Below, piece after piece: positions 29,929 to 40,300 of a DNA stretch of 64,000 nucleotides. The stretch comes from an uncultured Solirubrobacterales bacterium (GTDB lineage Bacteria; Actinomycetota; Thermoleophilia; Solirubrobacterales; 70-9): assembly GCA_963799835.1 (NCBI GenBank), contig CAWCYE010000001.1, positions 96,024 through 160,023 of the forward strand, written 5' to 3'. Numbering within the stretch: position 1 is the first letter of the stretch; the number at the start of each line of letters is the position of its first letter. The notes below the pieces were generated by a model. That model was not told the origin of the DNA. It did not search any database and saw nothing but the letters and a program-made list of their open reading frames with translations. The position numbers and the translations under genes were made by a program.

Positions 29929-32082
29929 CTAGGTTCGTCCCTCCGCGGTGCCGACCGCGACGCTCTCGACGTCGAGGCTGGGCAGACGGCGCTCCAGCCA
30001 GTTCGGGATCCACCAGTTGTTCTTGCCGAGCAGCTGCATCACGGCCGGCACCAGGACCATTCGCACGACGGTGGCGTCGAGGAAGATCGCCGCTGCGAGG
30101 CCGATCCCGAACAGCTTCAGGAAGACTTCCGGCGAGGCCACGAAGGCGAGGAAGACGACGACCATGATCGCTGCGGCGGCGGTGATCACCCGGGCGGTCT
30201 TCGCCAGGCCGTCGGCGACCGCCCGGCGGGTGTCGCCGTCCTTCAGGTACTCCTCGCGGATTCGCGAGATCAGGAAGACCTCGTAGTCCATCGATAACCC
30301 GAAGAGGATGGCGAACATCATGACCGGCATGAACGGCGCGACGGGAACCTCGTGGTCGATCCCGATCAGTTCGCCGACCGCGCCGCCCTGCGCCACCAGG
30401 GTCATCACGCCGTAGGCCGCGCTGACCGAGAGCAGGTTCATGATCCCGGCCTTGAGCGAGATCAGCGGCGAGTGGAAGGCGATGAGCAGGAGCAGGAAGG
30501 AAAGCCCGACCACGCCGGCTATGAACAGCGGCATGCGGTTGACGATGTAGGTGCTCTGGTCCTCGAGGGCCGCGGTCACGCCCCCGATCTCCGCGGTCAC
30601 CCCGGAGCCGGCGAGCGCTTCGGGCACGGTCGTTCCGCGCAGTTCCTTCACCAGGTCCTGCGTCGCCTCGGCCTGCGGCGAGGTGGTCGGGATCACGTTG
30701 ACGATCGCGGCGGTGCCCTCCTGGTTGAACACCGGGGCGGGGACGAAGGCGACTCCGTCGTCGGCGCGGAGGGTCGTCGCCAGCGATTCGATGTCGGCTT
30801 TGGCCGCGGGATCGGGCAGTTCGGCGGCGATCACCAGCGGGCCGTTGGCGCCGGGGCCGAAGCCCTCGGTGATCAGGTCGTAGGCCTGGCGGGTCATCGT
30901 CTCCGGCGGGTCGTTGCCGGCGTCCGGGAACCCGAGGCGCATGCCGAGCGCGGGCGCGGCGAGGGCCAGCAGCACCGCGGTCGCCGCGATCGCCGCCAGC
31001 CAGGGCCGCCGCTGGACCGCGTGGCTCCAGCGCGCCGCGGGCGATTCGCCGCCCGCTTCGGCCTTCGCCGCGCCGCGGCCGAGGAACGGGATCCGCAGGC
31101 GGTCGACCCGGGGGCCGAGGTAGGAGAGGAGCGCCGGCAGCAGCGTCACCGCGGCGAGCATCACGACCAGCACGGCCAGCGATGCCGAGATCGCCACCCC
31201 GTACATGTAGGGCAGGCCGGTGAGGAAGAGCCCGAGGACGGCGATCACCACGGTGCAGCCGGCGATGATCACGCTGCGCCCCGCGGTGGTGACGGCCTCG
31301 ACGACAGCGTCGTGGCGGTCCTTGCCAGCCTGCATCGCCGACCGGAACCGGGTCAGCACGAGCAGCGAGTAGTCGATCCCGACCCCGATCCCGATCAGGC
31401 CCGAGACCGCGGTGGTCCAGTCGGGCACGTTGACGACGTTGGCGAGCAGCACGATCAGCCCGCCCGAGGTGATCCCGAGGCCGATCAGGGCGATCGCCAG
31501 CGGCAGGCCGGCGGCGACCACCGAGCCGAAGGCGATCAGCAGCACGATCACGGCGCCGAGGAAGCCGAGGCCCTCGGGGCTCGCCCCTTCCTGAGCGCGG
31601 TAGATCGGGTCCCCGCCGAGCTGGATCTGGAGTCCGTCGCCGCTGTTCTCTTCGGCGGCCGAGACCAGCTTTTCGCCGTCCGCCTTCGTCACCTCCCATC
31701 CGGGAACCGTCAGCGGAAGCGTGGTGGTCGCGATCGTCCCGTCCTGGGAGACGCGGACGGGCGTCTCCGGCTCGATGTTGTCGATCGGCCTCACCTCGGC
31801 GAAGAATTTGCCGACGTGCTGGCGGGCGGCCGGGCTATTAGCCCCGTTCGGGTCCTTCCAGACGACGTAGACTTCCTGGCCGGAGAAGCCGCCGAACTCC
31901 CGTTCGGTGAGGTCGCTCGCCCTCTCGGACTCCGAGCCGGGGGTGTTGTAGTCGGCTTCGTACTCGCCGGCGAGCGAGGAGCCGAGCCCGATGATCACGA
32001 CGGCGGCGGCGATCCAGGCGAGGACCATGCGGCCACGGCGACGGTAGGAGAGGTCGGCGAGACGGGCGAGATGACGGGTCAT
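29929..32082 (-). CDS. MMPL-family (RND superfamily) membrane transporter
   Basis: AAGGAG RBS and ATG at 32082. There are two 6-TM bundles with MMPL motifs (GIGVGIDYSLLVLTRF, FGLSMDYEVFLISRIRE). Confidence 0.9.
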   Translation of the reverse strand: MTRHLARLADLSYRRRGRMVLAWIAAAVVIIGLGSSLAGEYEADYNTPGSESERASDLTEREFGGFSGQEVYVVWKDPNGANSPAARQHVGKFFAEVRPIDNIEPETPVRVSQDGTIATTTLPLTVPGWEVTKADGEKLVSAAEENSGDGLQIQLGGDPIYRAQEGASPEGLGFLGAVIVLLIAFGSVVAAGLPLAIALIGLGITSGGLIVLLANVVNVPDWTTAVSGLIGIGVGIDYSLLVLTRFRSAMQAGKDRHDAVVEAVTTAGRSVIIAGCTVVIAVLGLFLTGLPYMYGVAISASLAVLVVMLAAVTLLPALLSYLGPRVDRLRIPFLGRGAAKAEAGGESPAARWSHAVQRRPWLAAIAATAVLLALAAPALGMRLGFPDAGNDPPETMTRQAYDLITEGFGPGANGPLVIAAELPDPAAKADIESLATTLRADDGVAFVPAPVFNQEGTAAIVNVIPTTSPQAEATQDLVKELRGTTVPEALAGSGVTAEIGGVTAALEDQSTYIVNRMPLFIAGVVGLSFLLLLIAFHSPLISLKAGIMNLLSVSAAYGVMTLVAQGGAVGELIGIDHEVPVAPFMPVMMFAILFGLSMDYEVFLISRIREEYLKDGDTRRAVADGLAKTARVITAAAAIMVVVFLAFVASPEVFLKLFGIGLAAAIFLDATVVRMVLVPAVMQLLGKNNWWIPNWLERRLPSLDVESVAVGTAEGRT

Positions 32083-32257
32083 CGAGGTGGCTCCTTTCTC
32101 GGGGACTGGGGCGGATCCGGATAGAGGATATGCATCCGCGAACCTCGGCCCCTCGGCGCGACATCCGTCCGCGCGGCTTGCGCTGCGGCGGGCACGCCGT
32201 AGGCTGCCACGACTCACGAATACGTGCAGGCACTTTTGGTCAGGAAAGGACCAGGGA

Positions 32258-32968
32258 ATGAACCCGAGGTACAGCCTCAAAAGACGTCATAGGCGAGGGA
32301 AGACCCTGATCGCGATGCTGGCGGCAACCGCCGCGCTCGTGGGAGGCGGAGCAGCGCTGAGCGCGACTCCCGCCGCGGCGATGATGAACGTAAGCAGCGA
32401 GGCGGAATGCAACAAATTCATGGGAACCTGGGACTGGTTCCACGGGGAATGCGACTACAACTTCGGTGGTGGGGGCAGCGGCGGCGGTGGCGGCGGCGAT
32501 CTATTCCCCGACGGCTGGGTATTTGACGGTGGTGGCGGAGGCGGTGGCGGTGGCGTGGATGACGACGAGGTCGTCGTCACCGACGAGGATCCCCTGTTCC
32601 CGGACGATTGGGAGCACGGCGACGAGCTGTTTCCCGACGGGTGGGTATACGACGAGGATCAGGCACAGCGAGAGCAGCGCGAGTTGGCCATGGCCCACGA
32701 GAGGGCGGAGCAAGATCGGCGTGACGCGGCAAAGGCACTCGAGGAGGCGGCCGTCAAGAATCCACTAATCCAGCAGCAGCTGGATTTCGAGGAGGAGCTC
32801 GAGCGAGAGAAGGCCAAAATAAGGCAGATGCAGCTGGATTTCGAGGAGGAGTTCCAGCAAGAGCGAGCCAATGCCAAAAAGCAGAGCCAGCGCGCCCAAA
32901 ACCCTGACCGGGACAAGGGCAAGCCGAGAAAGGCGCGTCGGGGCGGGAAAGGCAAGGCGCGCAACTGA
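32258..32968 (+). CDS. Secreted repeat protein with Gly runs, LFPDGW repeats, acidic coiled-coil and basic tail
   Basis: Signal-like N-terminus, ECNKF..GECDY, G8-10 runs, three LFPD[GD]W units, two QLDFEEE units, and a C-terminal KGKPRKARRGGKGKARN. Confidence 0.5.
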   Translation: MNPRYSLKRRHRRGKTLIAMLAATAALVGGGAALSATPAAAMMNVSSEAECNKFMGTWDWFHGECDYNFGGGGSGGGGGGDLFPDGWVFDGGGGGGGGGVDDDEVVVTDEDPLFPDDWEHGDELFPDGWVYDEDQAQREQRELAMAHERAEQDRRDAAKALEEAAVKNPLIQQQLDFEEELEREKAKIRQMQLDFEEEFQQERANAKKQSQRAQNPDRDKGKPRKARRGGKGKARN

Positions 32969-33046
32969 CGGTTGCGGCGGGCGCTGACGACGAGTCGGGC
33001 CCCGCCTGCTTTTGCCCAGGCGATGCCCACGGGCTACGGTGAGGCG

Positions 33047-34459
33047 ATGAGGACCTTTCGCCGCCCGCTGGTCGTGTCGCTGGTGCTGACGGCGGCGGTG
33101 CTCCTCGCCGCTCCCGCGGCGCCGGCAACGGCCGAGGCGGACGGCACCCTTGCCCGGCCCGCGCTTCGCAACTGCGACCTCGGCCCGCCACGCCCCTTCC
33201 GCTGCGGCCACGTGATGGTCCCGCTGCGGCGTGCCGACCCGGCGCTGGGCACGACCAAGGTCGCCTTCGCGGTGCGGATCCGCGCCGACCGCAAACGGCG
33301 CTCGCTGGGGACGATCGTCGCCATGGACGGCGGCCCGGGCTTCGCCTCGTCCGGAGCGCCCTTCGCGCGCTCGGTGGTAGCCGCCCTCGCGCCCCTTCTG
33401 CGCCGCCACGACCTCGTCCTCTTCGACGCCCGCGGCACCGGGCGCTCCGACGTTCTCGACTGCCCGGGACTGCAGAAGGGCCTTGTCCAGGAACCGATCG
33501 CGGTCGGCGAATGCGCGAACCAGCTCGGTCCAGCCTTGGCCGGCTACACCACGGCCGAAACGGCGCACGATCTCGACGCCGTCCGGCAGGCGCTCGGGCT
33601 CGGCAGGGTCTTCTTCTACGGCGACTCCTACGGGACCCTGTTCGGACAGGCCTACGCGGTCCGCTATCCGGACTCACTGCGCGGTCTCGTCCTCGACTCC
33701 GCCTACCCCGCCGACGATCCCTACTACCGCACGCTCCTCCCCGCGGGCCTGCGCGGCCTGCGGATCGCCTGCCGCCTCTCGGCGGTCTGCGCCGGCGACC
33801 CGGTCGCCCGCTTCTCCCGGGTGGTGCGGCGCTTCCATGCCCGGCACCGCTCGACCGAGGGCCTGCTCCACTTCCTGCTCCAGGCGGGCACCCTGGCGCC
33901 CCGCTCCTACCTCAGTCTCGACGACGGCGTCCGCCGCTTCCTTGCCGGGAACTCCGAACGCCTCAACCGCCTGATCGCCCCGGGCCCGGCGGGGGCCGGA
34001 CCGCTGAGCGAATTCTCATACGGCTTGGAGATCACCGTGGAGTGCAACGACTACCCGCTGCTCTGGGACTCGGCGGCCGGGAACGACGAGCGGATCCGCC
34101 AGCTGTCCGCCTCGGTGGCGCGCCTGCCCCGCGACCACTTCGCCCCCTTCGGCCGGCGCGAGTACCTGCTCTCGGAGGCGGCGCACCTGACCAACTGCCT
34201 GACCTGGCCGGCGCCACCGCCGGGAGGCACCGAGCCTCCCGTGCCGGCGGGCTGGCATGCCCCGCGAACCTTCCCGACCCTGATCCTCGCCGGGCAGCTC
34301 GACGACATCACTTCGGTTGCCGAGGCGCGCCAGGTGCAGCGCCGGTTCCCGCGCTCGCGCCTCTACGTGGTGGCAAACCGCGGCCACGCCTCGGCCCTGT
34401 ATTTCCCCTTTCGCTCGCCCGCTGTGGACGTAATCGGGCACTTCATCGCTGCCAACTGA
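33047..34459 (+). CDS. Secreted alpha/beta hydrolase (tripeptidyl-aminopeptidase-like, S33)
   Basis: Signal peptide, nucleophile elbow YGDSYGT, and C-terminal VVANRGHA. Confidence 0.75.
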   Translation: MRTFRRPLVVSLVLTAAVLLAAPAAPATAEADGTLARPALRNCDLGPPRPFRCGHVMVPLRRADPALGTTKVAFAVRIRADRKRRSLGTIVAMDGGPGFASSGAPFARSVVAALAPLLRRHDLVLFDARGTGRSDVLDCPGLQKGLVQEPIAVGECANQLGPALAGYTTAETAHDLDAVRQALGLGRVFFYGDSYGTLFGQAYAVRYPDSLRGLVLDSAYPADDPYYRTLLPAGLRGLRIACRLSAVCAGDPVARFSRVVRRFHARHRSTEGLLHFLLQAGTLAPRSYLSLDDGVRRFLAGNSERLNRLIAPGPAGAGPLSEFSYGLEITVECNDYPLLWDSAAGNDERIRQLSASVARLPRDHFAPFGRREYLLSEAAHLTNCLTWPAPPPGGTEPPVPAGWHAPRTFPTLILAGQLDDITSVAEARQVQRRFPRSRLYVVANRGHASALYFPFRSPAVDVIGHFIAAN

Positions 34460-34485
34460 GCGCCCGAGGCCCACGGGACGGCCGC

Positions 34486-34854
34486 TCAGGGCAGGTACTT
34501 TTCGGCCTGTTCCTTGGCTTCTTCGATGCCCTTTTCGGCCTGGGCCTTGCCTTCTTCCAGTCCCTTTTCGGCCTGCTCGCGGCCTTCTTCGACGCCTTTC
34601 GAAGCGCTGCCCTTGCCTTCTTCGAGCTTTTCCTTGGCTTCTTCGAGACCCTTTTCCGCCTTTTCGGTCCCTTCCTTCAGGCCTTCTTCGGCGGTGCTGG
34701 CGCCCTGTTCGACTTCTTCCTTGGCCTGGCTGGTGCTGTCGCTGGTGTCGTCGCTTCCGCATCCGGACCAGACCACGCCGCCGGCGGCGATCGCCGCGAT
34801 GGCGAGGACCGCGAGGGGGCGGAGCTTCGTGTGGGCCGACTGACCGTCTTTCAT
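34486..34854 (-). CDS. Lipoprotein with tandem E/K-rich repeats (LEA/apolipoprotein-like)
   Basis: Lipobox VVWSGCG. The unit AEKG[LI]EE[AG]K recurs about five times. Confidence 0.6.
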   Translation of the reverse strand: MKDGQSAHTKLRPLAVLAIAAIAAGGVVWSGCGSDDTSDSTSQAKEEVEQGASTAEEGLKEGTEKAEKGLEEAKEKLEEGKGSASKGVEEGREQAEKGLEEGKAQAEKGIEEAKEQAEKYLP

Positions 34855-34892
34855 CTATCACTCCCCGGTGGTGGCTGGGTACCTTTGACACA

Positions 34893-35219
34893 GTGAACCA
34901 GGATCGGCCGGACGACTTCGAATCCATGGTGGCGGACGCCATCGACGCGCTGCCGGAGGAATTCCAGCGGCTGCTCGAACGCGTGCCGGTGATCGTCTCC
35001 GACCTCGGGACCGAGACGCGGGCCTACGGCGAGTACTGGGGAGACGGCGTCGCCCGCGAACACCACGAGGACCGGATCATCATCTACCGCGACACCCTGG
35101 AGCGCGATTTCGGCCACGACCGCGAGCTGCTCGCCCGCCAGGTCGAGCGGACGCTCCGGCACGAGCTTGCCCACCACCTGGGATGGGACGAGGGCGGCGT
35201 CGGCGGTCTCGGCCTCTGA
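34893..35219 (+). CDS. Zincin-like metallopeptidase family protein (DUF1025-type)
   Basis: HExxH context RHELAHHLGW, and N-terminal FESMVADAIDALPEEF typical of the family. Confidence 0.65.
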   Translation: MNQDRPDDFESMVADAIDALPEEFQRLLERVPVIVSDLGTETRAYGEYWGDGVAREHHEDRIIIYRDTLERDFGHDRELLARQVERTLRHELAHHLGWDEGGVGGLGL

Positions 35220-35236
35220 GCGGCGAGGCCCAGCGG

Positions 35237-36016
35237 CTACCGGACCCGGCAGTCGCGGGTGAGGGTCGTGACCACCTCGATGCCGTGGGCGAAGTGGAAG
35301 CTGCCGCGGGCGAACGGGAAGATCGCGCCGGGGAAGCCGGCCGGTGCCGGGCAGCTGGCGCTGAGGAAGCTGCGGCGGGTCCCGCCGTCGTCGTAGGACC
35401 GGCCGACCGTCAGCTCAATGTCGGTGATCGAGCCCAGCCCGCCGGCGAGCTTTGGGATCTCCGTCGAGAGCACGGTGCCGAAGTCGCCCTTGCGGCGACG
35501 GTCGATGGTCAGCGGCAGGACGAAGGTCGCTCGCACCGGGACGGTCGCGTAGAAGTGGAGCAGCAGCGCCGGCTTGCCCCCGCGACGGCTGTTGAAGGCC
35601 AGTGCCCTGCCGTGGGCGGGTAGGGACCCCGGGGTCAAGTCGAGGTCGGCGGCGAAGCGCCCGCGGCCGACCAGCGCCGGCCCGCAGAGCGCCAGCGCAG
35701 CTTCGGTCGCGGTCAACTGCAGCGACGAGGGACTGCAGGTGGGCAGGCCGCGGGTCGTCAGCCTGCCCTGTCGGTTCAGGGCGATTTCGAGGCGGCGCAG
35801 AGCGGGAGGATGGGTGCCGTCGGCGGTTGAGATCCCGCCCTCGACCGTGACCGTGACCGGCACCGGGCGGTCGCGCGGGAGGGAGTGGGGCCTGAAGCTC
35901 GCGTCGAAGAAGATCCGCAGGTTCTTCACCTGGACCAGCTCGCCCTGGGTCGCGCTCGCCACCGCGAGCAGCGAAACGGTCGCGACCAGGGCGATGGCGG
36001 CCATGCGGCGTCGCAT
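35237..36016 (-). CDS. Hypothetical secreted protein
   Basis: Signal peptide MRRRMAAIALVATVSLLAVASATQG. No domain recognised. Confidence 0.5.
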   Translation of the reverse strand: MRRRMAAIALVATVSLLAVASATQGELVQVKNLRIFFDASFRPHSLPRDRPVPVTVTVEGGISTADGTHPPALRRLEIALNRQGRLTTRGLPTCSPSSLQLTATEAALALCGPALVGRGRFAADLDLTPGSLPAHGRALAFNSRRGGKPALLLHFYATVPVRATFVLPLTIDRRRKGDFGTVLSTEIPKLAGGLGSITDIELTVGRSYDDGGTRRSFLSASCPAPAGFPGAIFPFARGSFHFAHGIEVVTTLTRDCRVR

Positions 36017-36053
36017 CCTGGCTGGAGTCTAGGGCCGAGGCTAGGGTTCGGGC

Positions 36054-37574
36054 ATGGCCGACGGGCACAGCTGGGCCGATCTCTCGGAGGGGGACGAGTT
36101 CGCCGGGTACCGGATCGAGGACAGGCTCGGCCGCGGCGGCATGGGAATCCTCTACCTGGCGATCGAGCCCGGCCTCGACCGGCGCGTGGCGCTGAAGCTG
36201 ATCGCGCCGGAGGCCGCCGCCGAGGAGATCTTCGCCAAGCGCTTCGCCGAGGAGTCGCGGATCGCCGCGGCGATCGAGCATCCGAACGTGGTGCCGATCT
36301 ATGCGGCGGGGGAGGAGGGAGGCGTTCCCTTCATCGCGATGCGCTTCGTCTCCGGCTCGGACCTCGGGCGCAGGATCGCCCGCGAGGGTCGCCTCGAGCC
36401 GGAGCGGGCGGTGGCCCTGATCGCCCAGATCGGCAACGGCCTGGACGCGATCCACGCCGCCGGCCTGGTGCACCGCGACGTCAAGCCGGCGAACGTGCTG
36501 CTGAGCGGCGAGGAAGGGGCCGAGCACGCCTACATCACCGACTTCGGCGTCGCCCGCAACGTCGCCACCCAGTCCGGGCTGACCCAGACCGGGCGCTTCG
36601 TCGGCACCCTCGACTACGTCGCGCCCGAGCAGATCTCCGGCGGTGAGGTCGACGCGCGCGCCGACGTCTACGCGCTCGGCTGCCTCCTGTTCAAGCTCCT
36701 CACCGGCGAGGTTCCCTTTCCGCGCGACGGCGAGGCGGCCCGTCTCTATGCGCACCTCAACGACCCGCCGCCGGCCCCGTCGCTGTACGCGCAGGAGGTC
36801 TCGATGGCGCTCGACGACGTGGTGGTGCGGGCGATGTCGAAGGAGCCCGGGGATCGCTACCCCTCGGCGGGAGACCTCGGCCGCGCGGCGCAGGCGGCGC
36901 TGAGCGGGACCACGGTCACGGTCCCCGAGCGCACCGTGGCGACCGGCGCCGCCGCCACCCGCGAAACCGAGACGATGGCGCCGACCGACCCCGGCTCTGA
37001 CGACCGGCCCCGCCGCCTGCTCCTCGCGGGTGGCCTGCTCGGTGCAGTGGCGGTCGTCGTCGCGGCGGTCGCGCTCGCCTCCGGGGGCGGGGGAGGCCCC
37101 AGCCCGGATGGGCCGCAGACCTCCCAGGCGAAAGAGGCCGGCGGGAGCCAAAAGAAGGTCGCGGAGAAACCGGAGCCCAAGCCGGAGACCCTTAGTCGCG
37201 CTCAGCTGATCGCAAAGGGCGACGCGATCTGCACCGAAAGCCAGGAGAAATACAAGAGCTATCAGGCCCCATTCCCGAGCGGGGAGGGGGAGCCCGACCT
37301 GGTCTACTCGCGGCTGCTGGTGGAAATCTCCTCCAAGGCGGTCCGGCAGTTCAACCGATTGCGCCCCCCGCCGGCTCTCCAGAAGCCCTATGGGCGGTAC
37401 GTCAGCTCACAGGAGAAGGTGGCGAAATGGGACCGCGACGCGCTGAAGGCGGCGGAAGCCGAAGACGCTGCGGCATACCTGGCGGCGCGGGAAGACCGCG
37501 ACAACACTGCGGAAGAACGACGCGAGCTCGCCGAGGACGTCGGATTCCACGTCTGCAGCGGCAGCGAAGCCTGA
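36054..37574 (+). CDS. Ser/Thr protein kinase with a TM segment and extracellular C-domain
   Basis: [30 protein letters not shown] and GTLDYVAPE motifs. The TM segment is [21 protein letters not shown]. Confidence 0.92.
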   Translation: MADGHSWADLSEGDEFAGYRIEDRLGRGGMGILYLAIEPGLDRRVALKLIAPEAAAEEIFAKRFAEESRIAAAIEHPNVVPIYAAGEEGGVPFIAMRFVSGSDLGRRIAREGRLEPERAVALIAQIGNGLDAIHAAGLVHRDVKPANVLLSGEEGAEHAYITDFGVARNVATQSGLTQTGRFVGTLDYVAPEQISGGEVDARADVYALGCLLFKLLTGEVPFPRDGEAARLYAHLNDPPPAPSLYAQEVSMALDDVVVRAMSKEPGDRYPSAGDLGRAAQAALSGTTVTVPERTVATGAAATRETETMAPTDPGSDDRPRRLLLAGGLLGAVAVVVAAVALASGGGGGPSPDGPQTSQAKEAGGSQKKVAEKPEPKPETLSRAQLIAKGDAICTESQEKYKSYQAPFPSGEGEPDLVYSRLLVEISSKAVRQFNRLRPPPALQKPYGRYVSSQEKVAKWDRDALKAAEAEDAAAYLAAREDRDNTAEERRELAEDVGFHVCSGSEA

Positions 37575-37587
37575 AAGGAGCATCGAG

Positions 37588-38049
37588 ATGAAGTCGGCCA
37601 CCAACTACCTCACCTTCGACACCGAGCAGCGGCGGGAACTGATCCGGATCACCGAGGAGGTTCAGGCCACGGTGGACGAGGCCGGGATCGCGGAGGGCAT
37701 GGTCCTCGCCTCGGCGATGCACATCACCGCCGGCATTTGGGTCAACGACGACGAGCCGGGCCTGCACGAGGACGCGCTCGAATGGCTCGACAAGGTGGCG
37801 CCGCCGAGCTGGTCGCCGCCGGCCAGCGATGTCGCCCGCGAGCTGCTGCCGGATGGCGGCGACTACCGCCACCACCGCGGCGGCGAGGACAACGGCGACG
37901 CACACCTGAAGAACCTGCTGGTCCACCACCAGGCGATCATTCCGGTCACCGCCGGCCGCCTCGACCTCGGCCCCTGGCAGCAGGTCTTCTACTGCGAGTT
38001 CGACGGCGGCCGCCCGAAGCGGGTGGTGATCAAGGCGATGGGGGAGTGA
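37588..38049 (+). CDS. YjbQ/UPF0047 family (secondary thiamine-phosphate synthase) protein
   Basis: [25 protein letters not shown] and [13 protein letters not shown] motifs. AAGGAG RBS. Confidence 0.8.
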   Translation: MKSATNYLTFDTEQRRELIRITEEVQATVDEAGIAEGMVLASAMHITAGIWVNDDEPGLHEDALEWLDKVAPPSWSPPASDVARELLPDGGDYRHHRGGEDNGDAHLKNLLVHHQAIIPVTAGRLDLGPWQQVFYCEFDGGRPKRVVIKAMGE

Positions 38050-38633
38050 AGGAGAGCCTGACGAGGAGGCTGGAGGGCGAGCGGGTCGTCCTCGAGCCGC
38101 TCGAACCCGCTCACGCCGACGATCTCTGGCGCGCGGCCCAGGCGCCGGAGATCTGGCGCTGGCTGGCCCACATCGGCGAGCGCCGGGAGTACTTCGACGA
38201 GTGGATGCGGCAGGCGCTGGAGGCGAGCGAGGAGGGCCGGGAGGGTGTCTTCGCCACCCGCGACCGCCGCCGGGGCACGCTGGTCGGCAGCACCCGCTAC
38301 CTCAACGTCAGGCCCGCCGACCGGGTGGTCGAGATCGGCTGGACCTGGCTCAACCCCGAGGCCTGGAGGACCGGGATCAACGTCGAGGCCAAGCTGCTGA
38401 TGCTCGGTCACGCCTTCGAGACCCTCGACTGCGTGCGGGTGGAGCTGAAGACCGACGCCCGCAACGAACGCTCGCGGACGGCGATGGCGGCGCTGCCGGC
38501 CCAGTTCGAGGGGATCCTCCGAAAGCACATGATCGTCCCCGACGTTGGCGTCCGCGACACCGCCTACTTCAGCGTCGTCGACGACGAGTGGCCCGAGGTG
38601 CGCGCCAACCTCGAAAGGCGGCTCGGCAGATGA
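38046..38633 (+). CDS. GNAT-family N-acetyltransferase (RimJ/RimL-like)
   Basis: The GTG overlaps the yjbQ stop. [42 protein letters not shown]. Confidence 0.8.
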   Translation: MKESLTRRLEGERVVLEPLEPAHADDLWRAAQAPEIWRWLAHIGERREYFDEWMRQALEASEEGREGVFATRDRRRGTLVGSTRYLNVRPADRVVEIGWTWLNPEAWRTGINVEAKLLMLGHAFETLDCVRVELKTDARNERSRTAMAALPAQFEGILRKHMIVPDVGVRDTAYFSVVDDEWPEVRANLERRLGR

Positions 38634-38646
38634 GAGCGCTGCGTCT

Positions 38647-38672
38647 TTTTTGGCCCCTATAGGGGCCAAAAA
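38647..38672. terminator. Bidirectional intrinsic terminator
   Basis: Perfect 11-bp stem tttttggcccc-tata-ggggccaaaaa between convergent genes, with T/A runs on both sides. Confidence 0.8.
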
Positions 38673-38693
38673 CGCACCAACGGCGAAGCGGAG

Positions 38694-39554
38694 TCAGTCG
38701 TCGCGCCGCTCGCCGACGTGGGTGACGCGTTCGGCGCGGTGGCGGACTTCCGCGGTCGCCTCGCGCGTCGCCGCGAAGGCCTCGTCGCGGGCGGCGGCCA
38801 GGCCCTCGCTCGGCTTGCCGCCGACCATGTCGCGGAAGGCGTTCTTGACCCGCTCGGTGCGCCGGTCGGGTGGGAACCTGGCTTCGGCCTTGGTCTGCTT
38901 CGCCGGCTTGCGCTCGCCGTAGCGCCGCCGTGCCCAGGCGGAGCCGGGCTTGCCGATCCGGCAGGCGCCGTAGAGCGCTATCGGGAAGACGAAGAAGCCG
39001 ACGGTGCCGTGCATCACCCGCTGCTTGGCGAAACAGGCCGCGACCAGGCCGAAGAGAAGGGCGGCGCCGAGGATGCTGATCGCGACCGCCTCGAAGGAGC
39101 CGGTTTCGAAGCTGAACGGGCTGAACCCGAGCAGGACCAGGAACATGCCGGCGGCGGCGATCACCGTCGCGTCGATCGAGCTGCGCCCCTCCTCGGCCCA
39201 GTAGACGTCGTCGAGGTATACCCAGAGGGCGAACTCGTCGATCGTCAGCCCGGCGCCGACGCCGAAGCCGAAGGCGCAGATCTCGGTGTAGGGGCTCTCA
39301 CCGAGCGCCGCGAAGCCGAGCGCGCCGGCGATCATCATCGTCACGATCCCGAAGACCAGGTGGTGCAGGTGGACGCCGCTGTCGGAGACGACGCTGCCCG
39401 GCCACCAGGGAACCTTGGGGCTGCGCATTAGGCGCGTGCTCATGCGGATGAAGGCGAAGGAGAGGATGAACCCGACGAAGACCAGGAAGAGGCCCTGCGA
39501 GTCGTTCTCGACGATTCGATTCCAGAAGTTCGAGAAGATCGAGGCCGTGGTCAT
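38694..39554 (-). CDS. Integral membrane protein, function unknown
   Basis: Multiple hydrophobic helices (LFLVFVGFILSFAFI, LVFGIVTMMIAGALGFAAL and others). Confidence 0.6.
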   Translation of the reverse strand: MTTASIFSNFWNRIVENDSQGLFLVFVGFILSFAFIRMSTRLMRSPKVPWWPGSVVSDSGVHLHHLVFGIVTMMIAGALGFAALGESPYTEICAFGFGVGAGLTIDEFALWVYLDDVYWAEEGRSSIDATVIAAAGMFLVLLGFSPFSFETGSFEAVAISILGAALLFGLVAACFAKQRVMHGTVGFFVFPIALYGACRIGKPGSAWARRRYGERKPAKQTKAEARFPPDRRTERVKNAFRDMVGGKPSEGLAAARDEAFAATREATAEVRHRAERVTHVGERRDD

Positions 39555-40300
39555 GAGGGAGCCGGGGCCGAGTGTAGCCGTGGCCCGACTCCATCCCTCT
39601 CTTTGATCAGCTCGAGGGTGAGCAGCACCGCGGCGACCGCGAAGAGCGGCGCGAAAGCGATATTGGCCAGCGACTCTGCCAGCCAGGTGGCGGCGAGCGA
39701 GTCACCGAGGGCGCCGTGGACGAGCTCGCCGATGGCTTCGCCGACCGCGTCGCCGACGATCTCCACCGGCGCCAGGATGAAGAAGACGAGCCAGAAGTTG
39801 CCGCGAACGAGGTTCCAGCTGCGGGCGAGTGCGCCGCGAACGGTGCGGTCCTCGATCTCCACGATCGGCCCGGCCAGCCCGAGCCAGACGAAGGCGAGAA
39901 CGCCCGGGACGAACAGCAGCAGCAGGCCGAGGGCGACGATCGCCACGTAGACCAGGTCGACCGCGATCAGCCGCCCGTACTTGAGTCGCCTGGCGATCTC
40001 GCGCAGCGGCGGCGCGCGTTCGTGCTCGGGGTGGGTGAGGGAGACGGCGACGACGCCGCTGTAGAAGACCTCGCCCAGCAGGCTGGTCGCCGTCAGCGCG
40101 CCGACCGCGACGACCAGCGCCGCGATCTTGACGCCGCTGGTCACGTCCAGGGAATCGACGTCGACCGTGATCGCGAGGGCGTCGAGCAGGCCGAGCGGGA
40201 CGAAGACGACCGCCGCAAGGAGGAGCAGTGCCGGTGCCCAGGACCAGTAGGTGCGCCCGATCCTGGCGTAGAGGGAGACCAGCTTGCGGGTGCGGCTCAC
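39551..40300 (-). CDS. Integral membrane protein, function unknown
   Basis: 5-6 predicted helices. ATGA overlap with the downstream gene. Confidence 0.55.
   Translation of the reverse strand: MSRTRKLVSLYARIGRTYWSWAPALLLLAAVVFVPLGLLDALAITVDVDSLDVTSGVKIAALVVAVGALTATSLLGEVFYSGVVAVSLTHPEHERAPPLREIARRLKYGRLIAVDLVYVAIVALGLLLLFVPGVLAFVWLGLAGPIVEIEDRTVRGALARSWNLVRGNFWLVFFILAPVEIVGDAVGEAIGELVHGALGDSLAATWLAESLANIAFAPLFAVAAVLLTLELIKERDGVGPRLHSAPAPS

Noticed and set aside
25787-36016. A possible shared family among the three hypothetical secreted proteins (3742-4332, 25787-26662, 35237-36016)
   Set aside because: Only a short PAP..G..F..ARG patch looks similar. I cannot align them convincingly by eye.
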